DNA of 64,000 bases from an uncultured Planctomycetaceae bacterium. Lineage in GTDB: Bacteria > Planctomycetota > Planctomycetia > Isosphaerales > Isosphaeraceae. The translations under genes were made by a program, and so were the position numbers. Shown here piece by piece: positions 32,678-43,006 of this stretch (the first letter of the stretch is position 1; each line of letters begins with the position of its first letter). The notes under the pieces are model-generated. The model was given only the letters and a program-made list of their open reading frames with translations. It searched no databases and was not told where the DNA came from. The stretch is from positions 1,472,001 through 1,536,000 of the forward strand of contig CAWIAD010000001.1 in NCBI GenBank assembly GCA_963833985.1. The letters are read 5' to 3'.

Positions 32678-33547
32678 TCAGAGTCGGAATACCATCTTGT
32701 CTTCTTGCGACTTGAATGCGGCATAGCCGATTCCCAGGCTCGCCAGCGCGATCACGGCGGCAAGCAGCCACGAGCCAGGCTGCGGCCACGTCCCGTAATA
32801 GATGATGTCGTGGAAGAGCTCGATGAAGTAATAGGCCGGGTTGAGCCGGAACCGCCACTGCGACGTGGCCGCAAAGTCCTCGGCGCGGTAGAGGATGGGC
32901 GTGGCGAAGTACCAGGCCTGGAAGAACACGCTGACCAGGTGCCCGCAATCGCGGTAAAACGTATTCGCCGTGGCGATCAACAGGCTTAACCCGAGCGTGA
33001 ATGCGGTGAAGAGAAAAATGGCGGCGGGCAGCAGCAGCATCGGCCACGAGATGCGTGCCCCAAGCGGCCAGAGCAAGAGGAAGAGCGAGGCCATCGACAG
33101 CAGCAGTGTCACCAGGTTGATGAGCACGCGCGCCAGCGGAAAGACGAGCTTGGGAATGAAGATTTTGCGGATCAACCCCTCGTTGGCGATGATGCACATG
33201 GCCGATTCATTGACGCTGCCGCTCAGCAGCCCCCACGGCACCAGCCCCGCGAACAGGTACACCGGGTAGTTCGCGATGCCCTTGAACAGGACGGAGAACA
33301 CCCAGGAAAGAATGGCCATCATCAAGAGCGGGTTCAGCAGGGTCCAGAAAAAACCGAGTACCGACCGCTGGTAGCGCACTCGCAGTTCCTGCATCACCAT
33401 GTTCTGGATCACTGGCCAGAACCTGGGCAACTGCTGGCGATCGTCTTGCAACCGCTTCCGCCACACGCCGGGCCGCCTTGGCCCCTGCACGGGCGCAGCC
33501 GGAAACCTGCCGTCGGGCGGCGTTGACGAATTCGTGCAAACATCCAT
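32678..33547 (-). CDS. Polysaccharide-export ABC permease (Wzm/TagG-like)
   Basis: RYQRSVLGFFWTLLNPLL, FYRD, FATPILY, LNP. Confidence 0.92.
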   Translation of the reverse strand: MDVCTNSSTPPDGRFPAAPVQGPRRPGVWRKRLQDDRQQLPRFWPVIQNMVMQELRVRYQRSVLGFFWTLLNPLLMMAILSWVFSVLFKGIANYPVYLFAGLVPWGLLSGSVNESAMCIIANEGLIRKIFIPKLVFPLARVLINLVTLLLSMASLFLLLWPLGARISWPMLLLPAAIFLFTAFTLGLSLLIATANTFYRDCGHLVSVFFQAWYFATPILYRAEDFAATSQWRFRLNPAYYFIELFHDIIYYGTWPQPGSWLLAAVIALASLGIGYAAFKSQEDKMVFRL

Positions 33548-33904
33548 GTTCCGCGTGTTTCCACCCACTTCGCCGGATCGCCTCCTGCTTCCCTGCGTTT
33601 CGCGCGGCATCTTACGCGCATCGGCGGGATGGAGGAAGATCAACCGGAGGGCGGAGCCCGCCGGACCACGCGCGTTGGAACGATGGTTTCCACGCGCTCC
33701 CGAAAAGTGTACACGGGGTCATCCTTGCGACCACGTGGGACCGCGCCGTCTCTTACTCGGCCCGGGCGCCGTCACGACCTGGGTGCGAGACGTGTATCTG
33801 TTCCGGTGCGCCTGATCCGGGTGACAGATGCATCATGCCTGGCTAGAATGAAGACTTCAAACCTGAGCACATTCCCGCCCTCACTCAAGACGGAAAGCAA
33901 CGCC

Positions 33905-34516
33905 ATGCCTGATGACGCGTCAGTCTCCGGATGGCTCGAAGGGCTCAAGGCTGGCGATGAGGCCGATATCCAGCGGCTCTGGGATCGCTACTTCGAGCAA
34001 CTCGTGCGGCTGGCGGGGAAGAAGCTTCCGGGGCACGCGCGCAGAGAATTCGACGAGGAAGACGTGGCCCTGAGCGCGTTCCACAGCTTTTGCGACCGCG
34101 TCGGCCGCGGGCAGTTCCCGCAGCTTGCCGACCGCGACGACCTCTGGCGGCTGCTTGTGACAATCACCGCTCGCAAGGCTGTCAGCCTGGTGCGTTATCA
34201 GAATCGCAAGAAGCGCGGGGGTGGGAAGGTACAGGGAGAGTCGGCGTTCCTGGATGCCGGCGGCGACGGGCCAGCAGGTGATGGGCTGGCGGGGTTCTTG
34301 AGCCGCGAACCGACACCCGAGATCGCGGCCCAGTTCGCCGAGGAGTACGACCGGCTGCTCGCGAAGCTCCACAATCCATCGCTCCGCACGATCGCCTTGC
34401 GCACGCTTGAAGGCCATGGCGCGGAGGAGATTGCCAGGGAGCTCGGCACGTCGTCCCGGACCGTTCACCGCAAGCTCGAGCTGATCCGGGCCCTCTGGGC
34501 GGAGGAGATGGCATGA
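33905..34516 (+). CDS. ECF-type sigma factor (planctomycete kinase-associated type)
   Basis: LWDRYFEQLVRLA, DEEDVALSAFHSF, LWRLLVTITARK, RKKRGGG, EIARELGTSSRTVHRKL; ATGA overlap with the kinase. Confidence 0.9.
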   Translation: MPDDASVSGWLEGLKAGDEADIQRLWDRYFEQLVRLAGKKLPGHARREFDEEDVALSAFHSFCDRVGRGQFPQLADRDDLWRLLVTITARKAVSLVRYQNRKKRGGGKVQGESAFLDAGGDGPAGDGLAGFLSREPTPEIAAQFAEEYDRLLAKLHNPSLRTIALRTLEGHGAEEIARELGTSSRTVHRKLELIRALWAEEMA

Positions 34517-37448
34517 TGACCTCGCGGGCGTCGGTCGTCGGGGACGAACTGCCTGTCGCCGAGTTGGTGCGGATTGACGAGGCGTGCGATCAGTTCGAAG
34601 CGGCCTGGCGCAGCGGTGAGGAGCCGGACCTGACGTCATCTCTGGAGACAGTTCCGGATCGGGCTCGAGGACGGCTCCTGCGCGAATTGCTGGCGATTGA
34701 CCTGGAGTTTCGCCGGCGCCGGGGAGAGCTGTGCCGGCCTGAAGAGTACCATGCCAGCCTTCCCGAGTACGGGGATGCCATCGAGCAGACGTTCGCGGCG
34801 ATGGAACAGGGGCGTGCGACGCTCGCTTCCCCAGGCCGCGCGTGGCGGTCAGGTTCCACAGCCGGCAAGACAGACGGCTCCGGAGCACCGCCGGATGCCA
34901 GGCTCCAGCGCGCGATTCTCAGCCCTGCCGTCAGCGCGGCAATGCGGTCGGCCGGGTACGAGGTGCTTGGCGAGCTGGGCCGGGGTGGCATGGGAGTGGT
35001 TTACCTGGCCCGCAAGCTGGCGCTCAACAGGCTCTGCGCCTGAAGATGATCCTGGCCGGCGCACACGCCGGTACGGCCACCGCGGCACGGTTCCGGGCCG
35101 AGGCCGAGATGATCGCCAGGCTACAGCACCCTGACGTCGTGCAGATCTATCACGTGGGCGAGGTGGAGGGGTTGCCGTTCCTGGAACTGGAGTATCTCGC
35201 CGGCGGAGGGCTCGACGAGCGTCTTGGCGGCAGACCGATGACCCCACGGGACGCCGCCCGCCTGGTGCAGACGGTTGCCCTTGCGATCGCTCGGGCGCAC
35301 CGTGAGGGCATCATCCACCGCGATCTCAAACCCGCGAACATCCTGCTGGACGCGGCCGGCAATCCCAAGGTGGCGGACTTCGGGCTGGCCAAGATCCTGG
35401 ACTCGGACCAGGGCCTGACGAAGTCACGTGCCGTGGTTGGCTCGCCCAGCTACATGGCACCCGAGCAGGCCGAGGGGAGCCTGTCCGAGGTGGGGGTGGG
35501 CACCGATGTCTATGCTCTGGGCGCAGTGCTCTACGAGCTCTTGACCGGGCGGCCGCCCTTCCACGCACCGACGGCCATCGAGACGCTCGCCCAGGTGAAA
35601 GCGAATGACCCGGTACCTCCCACTCAGGTCCAGCCTGGCTTGCCGCGCGACCTGGAGACCATCTGCCTGCACTGCCTGGAAAAGTTGCCGGCACGGCGGT
35701 ACGCGTCGGCCGATGAGCTGGCCGAGGATATCCGCCGCTACCTTGCCGGCGAGACCATCCACGCCCGATCGGCTTCCGTCCGGGAGCGGGTGCTCAAGTG
35801 GTCGCGGCGCCGCCCGGCGTTGGCGACGGCCGCCGGCGTGGGCGTCGCCGCGCTGGCCGTGCTGCTGGCTGGCGGCTTCTATTACAACGCCCGGCTCCAG
35901 GCCGCGCTCCGCGAGGCCGTGCGCGAACGGAACATCACCCAGCGCAGCCTGGAGGAACTCGTCTTCGGCATGCAGGAAGCGCTCGGCGAATCCTCGGCGA
36001 CCCGTGCCCTGCGGCAGAACTTGCTGCTCACGGCCATCTCGGGACTGGAGGACGTCGCCCGGCGGACCGCCGCGGCCAAGCCCGACCTCAGCCGCGCGGT
36101 CGCTCACCGCAAGCTGGGCGACATCTTCCGCCAGATTGGCAGGACCAACGCCGCACGCGACCAGTACGAACGCTCTCGCGGCCTCGCCGAGAACCTCCTG
36201 GGGAACCCGCCTGATCCGGTCGTGGCGGAATCCCTGGCCAGGGCCTATCTCGGCCTCGGGCAGTTGAGCATGATGCGCCGGCCCACTGAGGCCAAGGCGT
36301 ACCTCCAGCGCGCCGTGGAGCTCTCCATGCTGGTGGAAGCGGCGGTTCCGGCTCACGGCAAGGCGCGCCGCGGGCTGATCGAGGCCAGCTTCCAGCTTGG
36401 CCGGGCGCACGGCTTCGCTGGTGATTACCCGGAAGCCGAATCCTGGTTTCGCAAGTCCAGCGACCTGACCCGGAACTGGCTCGCCGAGGAAAAGAATAAT
36501 ACGCTAGCCAGCGACATGCTCGCATCCTGCTACCGCAAACTTGCCGATATGCGAAAGTTTGCGAAAGATTTCGAGGCCGCCCGCAATCTTTACCTTGAGG
36601 CGATCGCGATCGGCGAGGGGATCACCGCCGGCACATCCGGCAACACCGAGGCCCACGAGCACCTCGCCACCGCCCTGCACGACCTGGCCGGAGTCCTCTA
36701 TACCATGCGGCTCCCCGCCGAGGCACGCGGGTATCTCAGGCGGGCCGAGACGCTGTGCAACCAGCTCATTGCCGGTGACCCGGAATCGGTGGAAAGCCAG
36801 GTCCGGCTGGTCCTGGTCCTGGCCGACCTGGCTCGCATTGCCAGGGACGAAGGAGACTACGTCGCCGCCCTCGAAAGCTACGAGAAAGCACGTGACCGCC
36901 TCGTACAGCTCAAGAGCCGCCACCTGGTTGAGGATTATGGCCCGCTGGAAGGCCATTACCTGGAGGGCTTGCAGGAAGCCTGCGACGAGTGCCGCAGCGC
37001 TCCGCTGGCGCTCGGTGAGTTGAGCGCGATCCGGACTCTTCCGGGCGCCGAGGCGATCACGTTGCTGAAGACACGTGCCCGGCTGCTCTGGGCCGCCGGT
37101 CGCGTGCCGGAGTTTGTCGAGACAGCCCGCGTGCTGCTGAAACAAAAACCCGGCCGGCCGCAAGAACTCTATGCGCAGGCTCGTGCCCTTGCGCTCTGCG
37201 TTGCCTGTCTCGACTCACGGTCTGAACCGGTTCCACAGATCGACAATCGGTTGCAGCTGCGCCAGAATTGCGTGGTGCAGTCGCTGGCGGCGCTCGATGA
37301 GGCCACTCGGCAGGGCCTTGACGACGTTCAGCGCATCGAGACGGACGAAGCCCTGGCACCGGTGCGGAAGGAGCCGGGCTTCGAATCGATGATCGCCCGG
37401 CTCCGCAATGGAGCCGAAGCCGTTGCCAGGGTGAAGCCCAGCAACTGA
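34513..37448 (+). CDS. Membrane-anchored Ser/Thr protein kinase with TPR-like C-terminus, frameshift at ~35039
   Basis: LGRGGMGVVY / ALKMI, HRDLKPANILL, DFGLAK, GSPSYMAPEQ, DVYALG; TM then TPR-like helices. Confidence 0.92.
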
Positions 37449-38128
37449 CCGCTCCCCTCTCATGCCGTGTTGCTTGAGAAGTGCGCCGGCCGTGCTTGAA
37501 TGGTTTCGGGATGCTGCGAACGCATTCAGGGCCTGCGTGACGGCGAGTTCGACCGAGCAGTCTGTACGGCCGTTTCGAGTCGTTCTTTGGGCTCCTGATT
37601 CGAGCTGATCTTACCAGCGGCGATCTTCACGGCAGAGTCGCTCTCAAGATACGCCCGGTCGAGCCGATCGATCCTCTCGGGCACGCCGGCTTGCGCGGCC
37701 TGCGCCGCCTCCAAACCTTCAGCTTACCGTCCTTGGGCCGCAAGCCGTGCGATCCATCCGGTCAAGCTGGGCCAGTGCCTCATGACAGTCCCGTCCGCGT
37801 GCATGAAGTCAGCCGGCTGATCGCGGTTGAGTTCCCGGTCGCCCATGCCGTTGCCCCCCGCGGGACGCGGACGGTTTCGGGTGTTTTTTTCCATGAAAGC
37901 CTTGCATTGCCGCAGTATGATACCGAACTGCCCCCCTCTTGCCTTTCAAAAAAAATGGTTTTCTTCCGTCGGTCGGATTGGCATCGTCCCGGCTCTGCCG
38001 CGGCAACCGGGATCCGAAGAATTCGCGAACGGGGAGAAAGGAAGGCGCAGGGACGTGCGTACTGTGTTCTTGACAAGCTGTCCCATCAACGCTGACCAGA
38101 CTTGCCCGTCAATCCCGGAGATGATTTC

Positions 38129-41059
38129 ATGGCCCAGGCAGACCCATCCACCAGATTCCCGGAGCTCCGGCCGCTCCGTTCGGATCCGACGCTTCATCAC
38201 TTCCTTGGTTTTGGACTTTATCTCGTTGGTGACCGGGACTTTGACGTGGAGACGCAGAGTTTCGTCCGGACGCTTTGCCTGTGCGTCTTCTACATTCCCG
38301 TACTGGCCCTGCGCTCGTACCGCGTGGCTCCCAGAGACGACGGCTGGCAGTACCTGGGAAGCGTTCCGGTCTCCACACCGGCGCGTCTGCTGAGCCTGGC
38401 GGCGGCCGCGACGCTGTTCGGCGGGGGTGGCTTCCTCACCTGGAACGTCGTTTCCAACTTGCCCGACCGCGTGGCCCTGCGCAAGCTGGGCGAGGCCGGA
38501 CAGCTCGTGGCGGAGGGGAACGCCGCCAGCGCGGCGATGCTCTACGCCGAGGTGGCTTCGGGACCGACCGGGCATGCCGGCCCGGCCGCCCGGCAACTGG
38601 CGGGATTGCTCAAAAAGGCACGCTTTCAGCATGAGTGGAAGGGCCGCGAGGAGATCGTTCGCGCGGCCCTCAAAACCCAGAGGGCAGGACGCTGGCCCGC
38701 TTCCGTCGCGTCGCTCGCCAAGGACGGACTTGATGTGGCTCGAAACATGGCCAGCAGCGACCCGAAGGGCGCATGGCTTGTCCTCGACGCCATCGCGCCG
38801 CTGGCCTCGCAGGACGCTTCGCTTGCGGATCTCCGTCTGCAACTGCTGGAACAGAGCGTCGCCGCCGACCCCGCCAGCCCCGAGTGGTCCTCGCGCCTGG
38901 CGCTCGAGTACGAGTCGAGGGACCAGTTTGACCGTTGCGAGAGACTCCTCGTACCACTGCGCGCGCAACTCGGGGACCTTGAGGGTGCACGGATCCTGGC
39001 CTCCATCGACGTCCGGGCCAACCGCATCGAGCAGGCCTTGCCGCTGCTTCGCACCTACACCCGCGAGCGACTCGTGCGGTTTCAAGCGGCCGAGCGCAAG
39101 CTCCAGGCCGCCGTTCGATCCTGTCAGGAGAAGAGCATCAAGCATCTGGAGATCGACCATCCCGGCGACTTCTCGTGGGACACCTATCAATCTGCCAATG
39201 AAGAGGTTCGCGAGAAACTTGTGACAGAATATGTGATGCGCAATCTCAAGAATGATCCGGACATCCTGCGCACCCAGCGGGCAATGATCTCCGAGTCCGG
39301 CGTGGCAGCCACGGCCTTGCAACTGGGCCTGCTGCTGCTCCAGCGGGCGCAGGCTCAACCGGATAGCCGCAAGGCGCTGCTTGATGAGGCGGAGAAGACG
39401 TTTCTGGCCGTCAGCCGTGTGGCGGGTGACCGCGAGGAATATCAGCTCAGCCTGGCTCAGGTCTACTACTGGCAAGGCAAGCATGCCGATGGTCAACTGC
39501 TGCTGGACAACTTGCTCAAGGCCCATAACCGCGATCCGGAACTGCTGCTGCACGCAGCGAACATGCTGCGCAAAGTGGGCAGCGTCTCGCAGGCGCGCGA
39601 GCTCGCCGAGGAAGGTTACAACAAGGCGCCCCAGGGCCACGTCAAGGACGGGCTCGCGCTGCTGTTGGCACTGATGTGCGAAGACGAGGATTGCCGCAAG
39701 ACCTGGTACCCTCGCGCCAACAGCAAGGACCCTCAGGTGAAGGCAATGGTGCTGGAGGAAAAGGCCAGCCACGCATTCCTTGATGGAAACATGGCGCTGG
39801 CGGTCAGCAGCCTGAGATCGGCCGTTTCGGTCTATGAGTTCATGCCGGAGACCGCAAGCGTCCTGAACAACACCTGGGTTGTACTCAGCCGCCTGGCCGT
39901 GCTCACCGGCGATGCCAGAGAGCGCCAGCGCGCCGCGGCCAAGATCGCCCGCGCGACCGAGCTGGATCCGAGCAACAGCCTCACGCTCAAGAATGCAGCA
40001 AGCTCGTTGATCGACGGCGGTCTGCGTGAGCTGATCGGGCCGGCCGTCGATTTTGACCTGCTCAAGGAGGCGCCGGGTCAGGAGATGATCCACTTGCTTG
40101 CCAGGGACGAGCAGGTGTGCGCGGCGCTCGTCCGGCGGCACGGTGAACAAAAACAGTTAAACCGCGCGCTGGCACTCCTGAACAACGTGATCGTGCTGTC
40201 GCCGCGAGATCCCGACAATTACGAGCAAGCGGCCCGCATGCTGGTGTATCGAAGGGACACCGAGGGACTCCGAAAGCTGCTCGCCTCGCTGCTGCGCGTT
40301 GAGCTGGATCTGGGCGACGCCGCTCGAGAGTTCAGGGACCGTGAGTCCGGGAAAAATGATGAATTGTGGAAGCGAACTACGGAGGCTGCTCTCAAGTACA
40401 TGGAGCCGAACGTGCAGGCGGCCCGTTCCAGGGGAGGCGCCACATTTGCCCTTGCCGTCTCGCAAGTCGTCTCTCGTCGCATCGCGGCCGATTCTTACGG
40501 TATCAAGGCCGACCCGAACGCCCTGGTCGCCCTGGCCGAGGAAGCGTACGCGGCGTCTCCCTCGCTGTACACGCGCTGGATAATTGCCAACGCATTGCTC
40601 TTTCGCGCCGGCGACCGACTGGCCAGGGCTGACCAGAAGTTCGCCGAAGTCCGTGATCGCTCGCGCAGGTCGCTGTCGTCGCTGGAGCTATTCTGCTGCG
40701 TCCTTTCGAGCGATGGCCCGATCAAGGACCTGGTGCTCAAGGACCCCGACGTCATGCACGCCATCGACCTGATGCGGGAGACGTACGCCGCCTCTCCTAC
40801 GTACGCAGCCGGAGTTCAGCTCTGGCTCATGCTCCGCAGCCGCTATCCGGAAGTCGCCAGGTCCGTTGCGAAAACATACCTCGAGAGTGAGCCGGACAGG
40901 CTGGGAGACGAAATCCTGGCACGGATCAAGCCGTACGACGAGACCCAGGTTTTGAAGGCATACGGCAAGGCCCTCATGCAAGGCCAGGAAAGTGCTGCAC
41001 GGAAAACCCTTCAGGACGCCACCGGCCGGGGCATTTCTCTCCCCATCGAGACAAGGTAG
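38129..41059 (+). CDS. Large membrane-anchored TPR-like hypothetical protein
   Basis: ~976-aa ORF; N-terminal GFGL..G.RD.D...FYIPV.AL..YRV domain, TM, then alpha-helical repeats. Confidence 0.82.
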   Translation: MAQADPSTRFPELRPLRSDPTLHHFLGFGLYLVGDRDFDVETQSFVRTLCLCVFYIPVLALRSYRVAPRDDGWQYLGSVPVSTPARLLSLAAAATLFGGGGFLTWNVVSNLPDRVALRKLGEAGQLVAEGNAASAAMLYAEVASGPTGHAGPAARQLAGLLKKARFQHEWKGREEIVRAALKTQRAGRWPASVASLAKDGLDVARNMASSDPKGAWLVLDAIAPLASQDASLADLRLQLLEQSVAADPASPEWSSRLALEYESRDQFDRCERLLVPLRAQLGDLEGARILASIDVRANRIEQALPLLRTYTRERLVRFQAAERKLQAAVRSCQEKSIKHLEIDHPGDFSWDTYQSANEEVREKLVTEYVMRNLKNDPDILRTQRAMISESGVAATALQLGLLLLQRAQAQPDSRKALLDEAEKTFLAVSRVAGDREEYQLSLAQVYYWQGKHADGQLLLDNLLKAHNRDPELLLHAANMLRKVGSVSQARELAEEGYNKAPQGHVKDGLALLLALMCEDEDCRKTWYPRANSKDPQVKAMVLEEKASHAFLDGNMALAVSSLRSAVSVYEFMPETASVLNNTWVVLSRLAVLTGDARERQRAAAKIARATELDPSNSLTLKNAASSLIDGGLRELIGPAVDFDLLKEAPGQEMIHLLARDEQVCAALVRRHGEQKQLNRALALLNNVIVLSPRDPDNYEQAARMLVYRRDTEGLRKLLASLLRVELDLGDAAREFRDRESGKNDELWKRTTEAALKYMEPNVQAARSRGGATFALAVSQVVSRRIAADSYGIKADPNALVALAEEAYAASPSLYTRWIIANALLFRAGDRLARADQKFAEVRDRSRRSLSSLELFCCVLSSDGPIKDLVLKDPDVMHAIDLMRETYAASPTYAAGVQLWLMLRSRYPEVARSVAKTYLESEPDRLGDEILARIKPYDETQVLKAYGKALMQGQESAARKTLQDATGRGISLPIETR

Positions 41060-41163
41060 ATCCCTCGCGACAGGGCTTTCCGCCTTGTGACCGTTGCCGT
41101 GATCCATGAGGCGTTGGGCGGATCACCCAGCACAGTTCAACATGCGTAATCGTGCGTGCTGGA

Positions 41164-42774
41164 TTAGCCGTGGGCGCGCATGATCGCGGAAGTGCTCAGT
41201 ACCCCGCCGTTGGCGTCAAGGGCCTGAACCTCGTAAAAGGGACCCGCGGCCGTGGTTGTGATCGCCGTCTCGAAGCCCGTGCGCGCTGCGGTCGCAACCG
41301 GCGAGAGCGACGCGCGCAATGCGCCGGCGAGCAATTCCCACGCGGTCGTCTCGGTCGAGCCATTCCATGTGGCGTACGCGGTGGCTTGCCCGTTCATGGA
41401 TGTGACCCACGCCGTCGGTCTCGTGAGCGGCAGGCCCACCCACGGCAGGCTCAAGGCGCGATAAGAAATGTCCTGGCCGGCCAGCACGTAATCGGCCAGG
41501 ACCGTCCCAGTGCTGGAATACTCGGTGTAATAGGAGCTCAACTGTCCGCCGGGTTGAGTGTCCGATCCCCAGCCGATGAACACGTTGCCGTTTGGAAGTA
41601 TCTCGAGGTTGCCCTGGCTGTTCGAATACAGCGCCGGGTCGTGGTAGAAAGGCGGAGTTGCAGGACTTGCCGTGTGGTTCTGGACGTTGAGGTTCAAGAT
41701 CAGGCCGCGCGCGGGGCCGTATGGCCCGGCGTAAGGCGGCGCGCCCAGGCCGCCGTTGTCGAACAGGCTGATCCCTCCAGCCGTGAAGCGCGCATCGTGC
41801 TGATACTGGAAGGCCGAGTTGTATGGGCCAGTGATCAGGTTGGACGGCAGGCTGAACTGGTTCTCCTTGCCGCCGATCTGCCAGAGAAGCTGCCCTGTCG
41901 TGGCACCGACGTCATAGATTCCCCAGGTGTTGCGCGGAAACCAGGACTTGCGAGCCGTCGGGACTCACATCAATCGAATTGGCATGGTACGCGTCCCAGG
42001 GCTGTCCCGGAGTCGTGGGAACAGGGACCATCGAATCGCTCAATGGGACATGCGCGGCCATGTCCCAGGAGAAAACCGGCTTCCCTGTTCGCAGGTTGAT
42101 TCCCTGGATGACCGGGTCTTCAATCGCCCCGTTTTTCGGACCGCCGTAGGGCGTCAGGTCCGCCTTCACGGGTCTCGTCGTGATGAAGAACGCGTCACCT
42201 TGTGGCGTGATCGTGAGCTCGTGCAAGTCCAGCCCGACGCCGTTCGGCGCTTTCACCGACATGATCTTCCGGTAGTTCTGGTTGTAGATGACGAAGTTGC
42301 CCCCCAGCGACGTGCCCGCGGGCATTTTGCTCGATGTGATCCCCGCGATCCTTCCCTGCCACCATATCAACACCGGTTTGCCGAACAGAGTCTGGGCCTG
42401 GAAGTCGATCACCTGCACCCTGTTGTTGCTGGAAAAAGGCTGAAACCAGATCGGATTCCCGGCGCTATCCATGATGAGCGGACCGGTCTGGCCAACCAAT
42501 CGAGTTGGGTCGGTGGATTGGTCGTACGGCGCGACGAAGATCGGGTTGTGGGAGGCACCGGCACGGAGTGCCAGCACGTTCACCTTCATCGGTCGAAGCT
42601 GCGGCGTGCTCACGAAGCTCCAGACGCCGCTTGCGTTGCTGAGCAAGTTGCGGCTCTCGAGCCCCTCCAGCGCGGCGCCGCGCAACGCAGACCGCGAGCG
42701 CGTGAACCGCGATGCGAATTATCACCCAGGAACTGGAACGTCCGAGTCAACCAGCGGGCAGCGCACGATGTCAT
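41164..42774 (-). CDS. Arylsulfotransferase (ASST)-family protein with LESR export motif; frameshifts at ~42675 and ~41933
   Basis: LEGLESRNLLS, GPLIMD..G..IW, DLHE, DAYHANSID, S(A)RNT, QHDARF, LFDNG, SQGN..LPNGNVFIGWG, SYRA. Confidence 0.85.
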
Positions 42775-43006
42775 GAACGAACCCTCTCATCGCGAACACG
42801 GCGAATTCGACCGGGCGCTCCTTCACGTCATTCTCCTTCAACGCCTCGTTCCAGGCGTTGTCTGGCACCTCCAGAAGCACATCGATGAGCTCATCACCGA
42901 GTGAACCGCCTCCGCTTACTTTCAGTGCGGCCTCATCGATCGACTCCGCGAGAACCAGCGATATCCCCATGGATCGAACAGAATGACGATCGATCTTGAG
43001 TGGAAA

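Noticed and set aside
37946..40150. 734-aa minus-strand ORF
   Set aside because: Antisense to the 38129 gene; no motifs; shadow-like composition.
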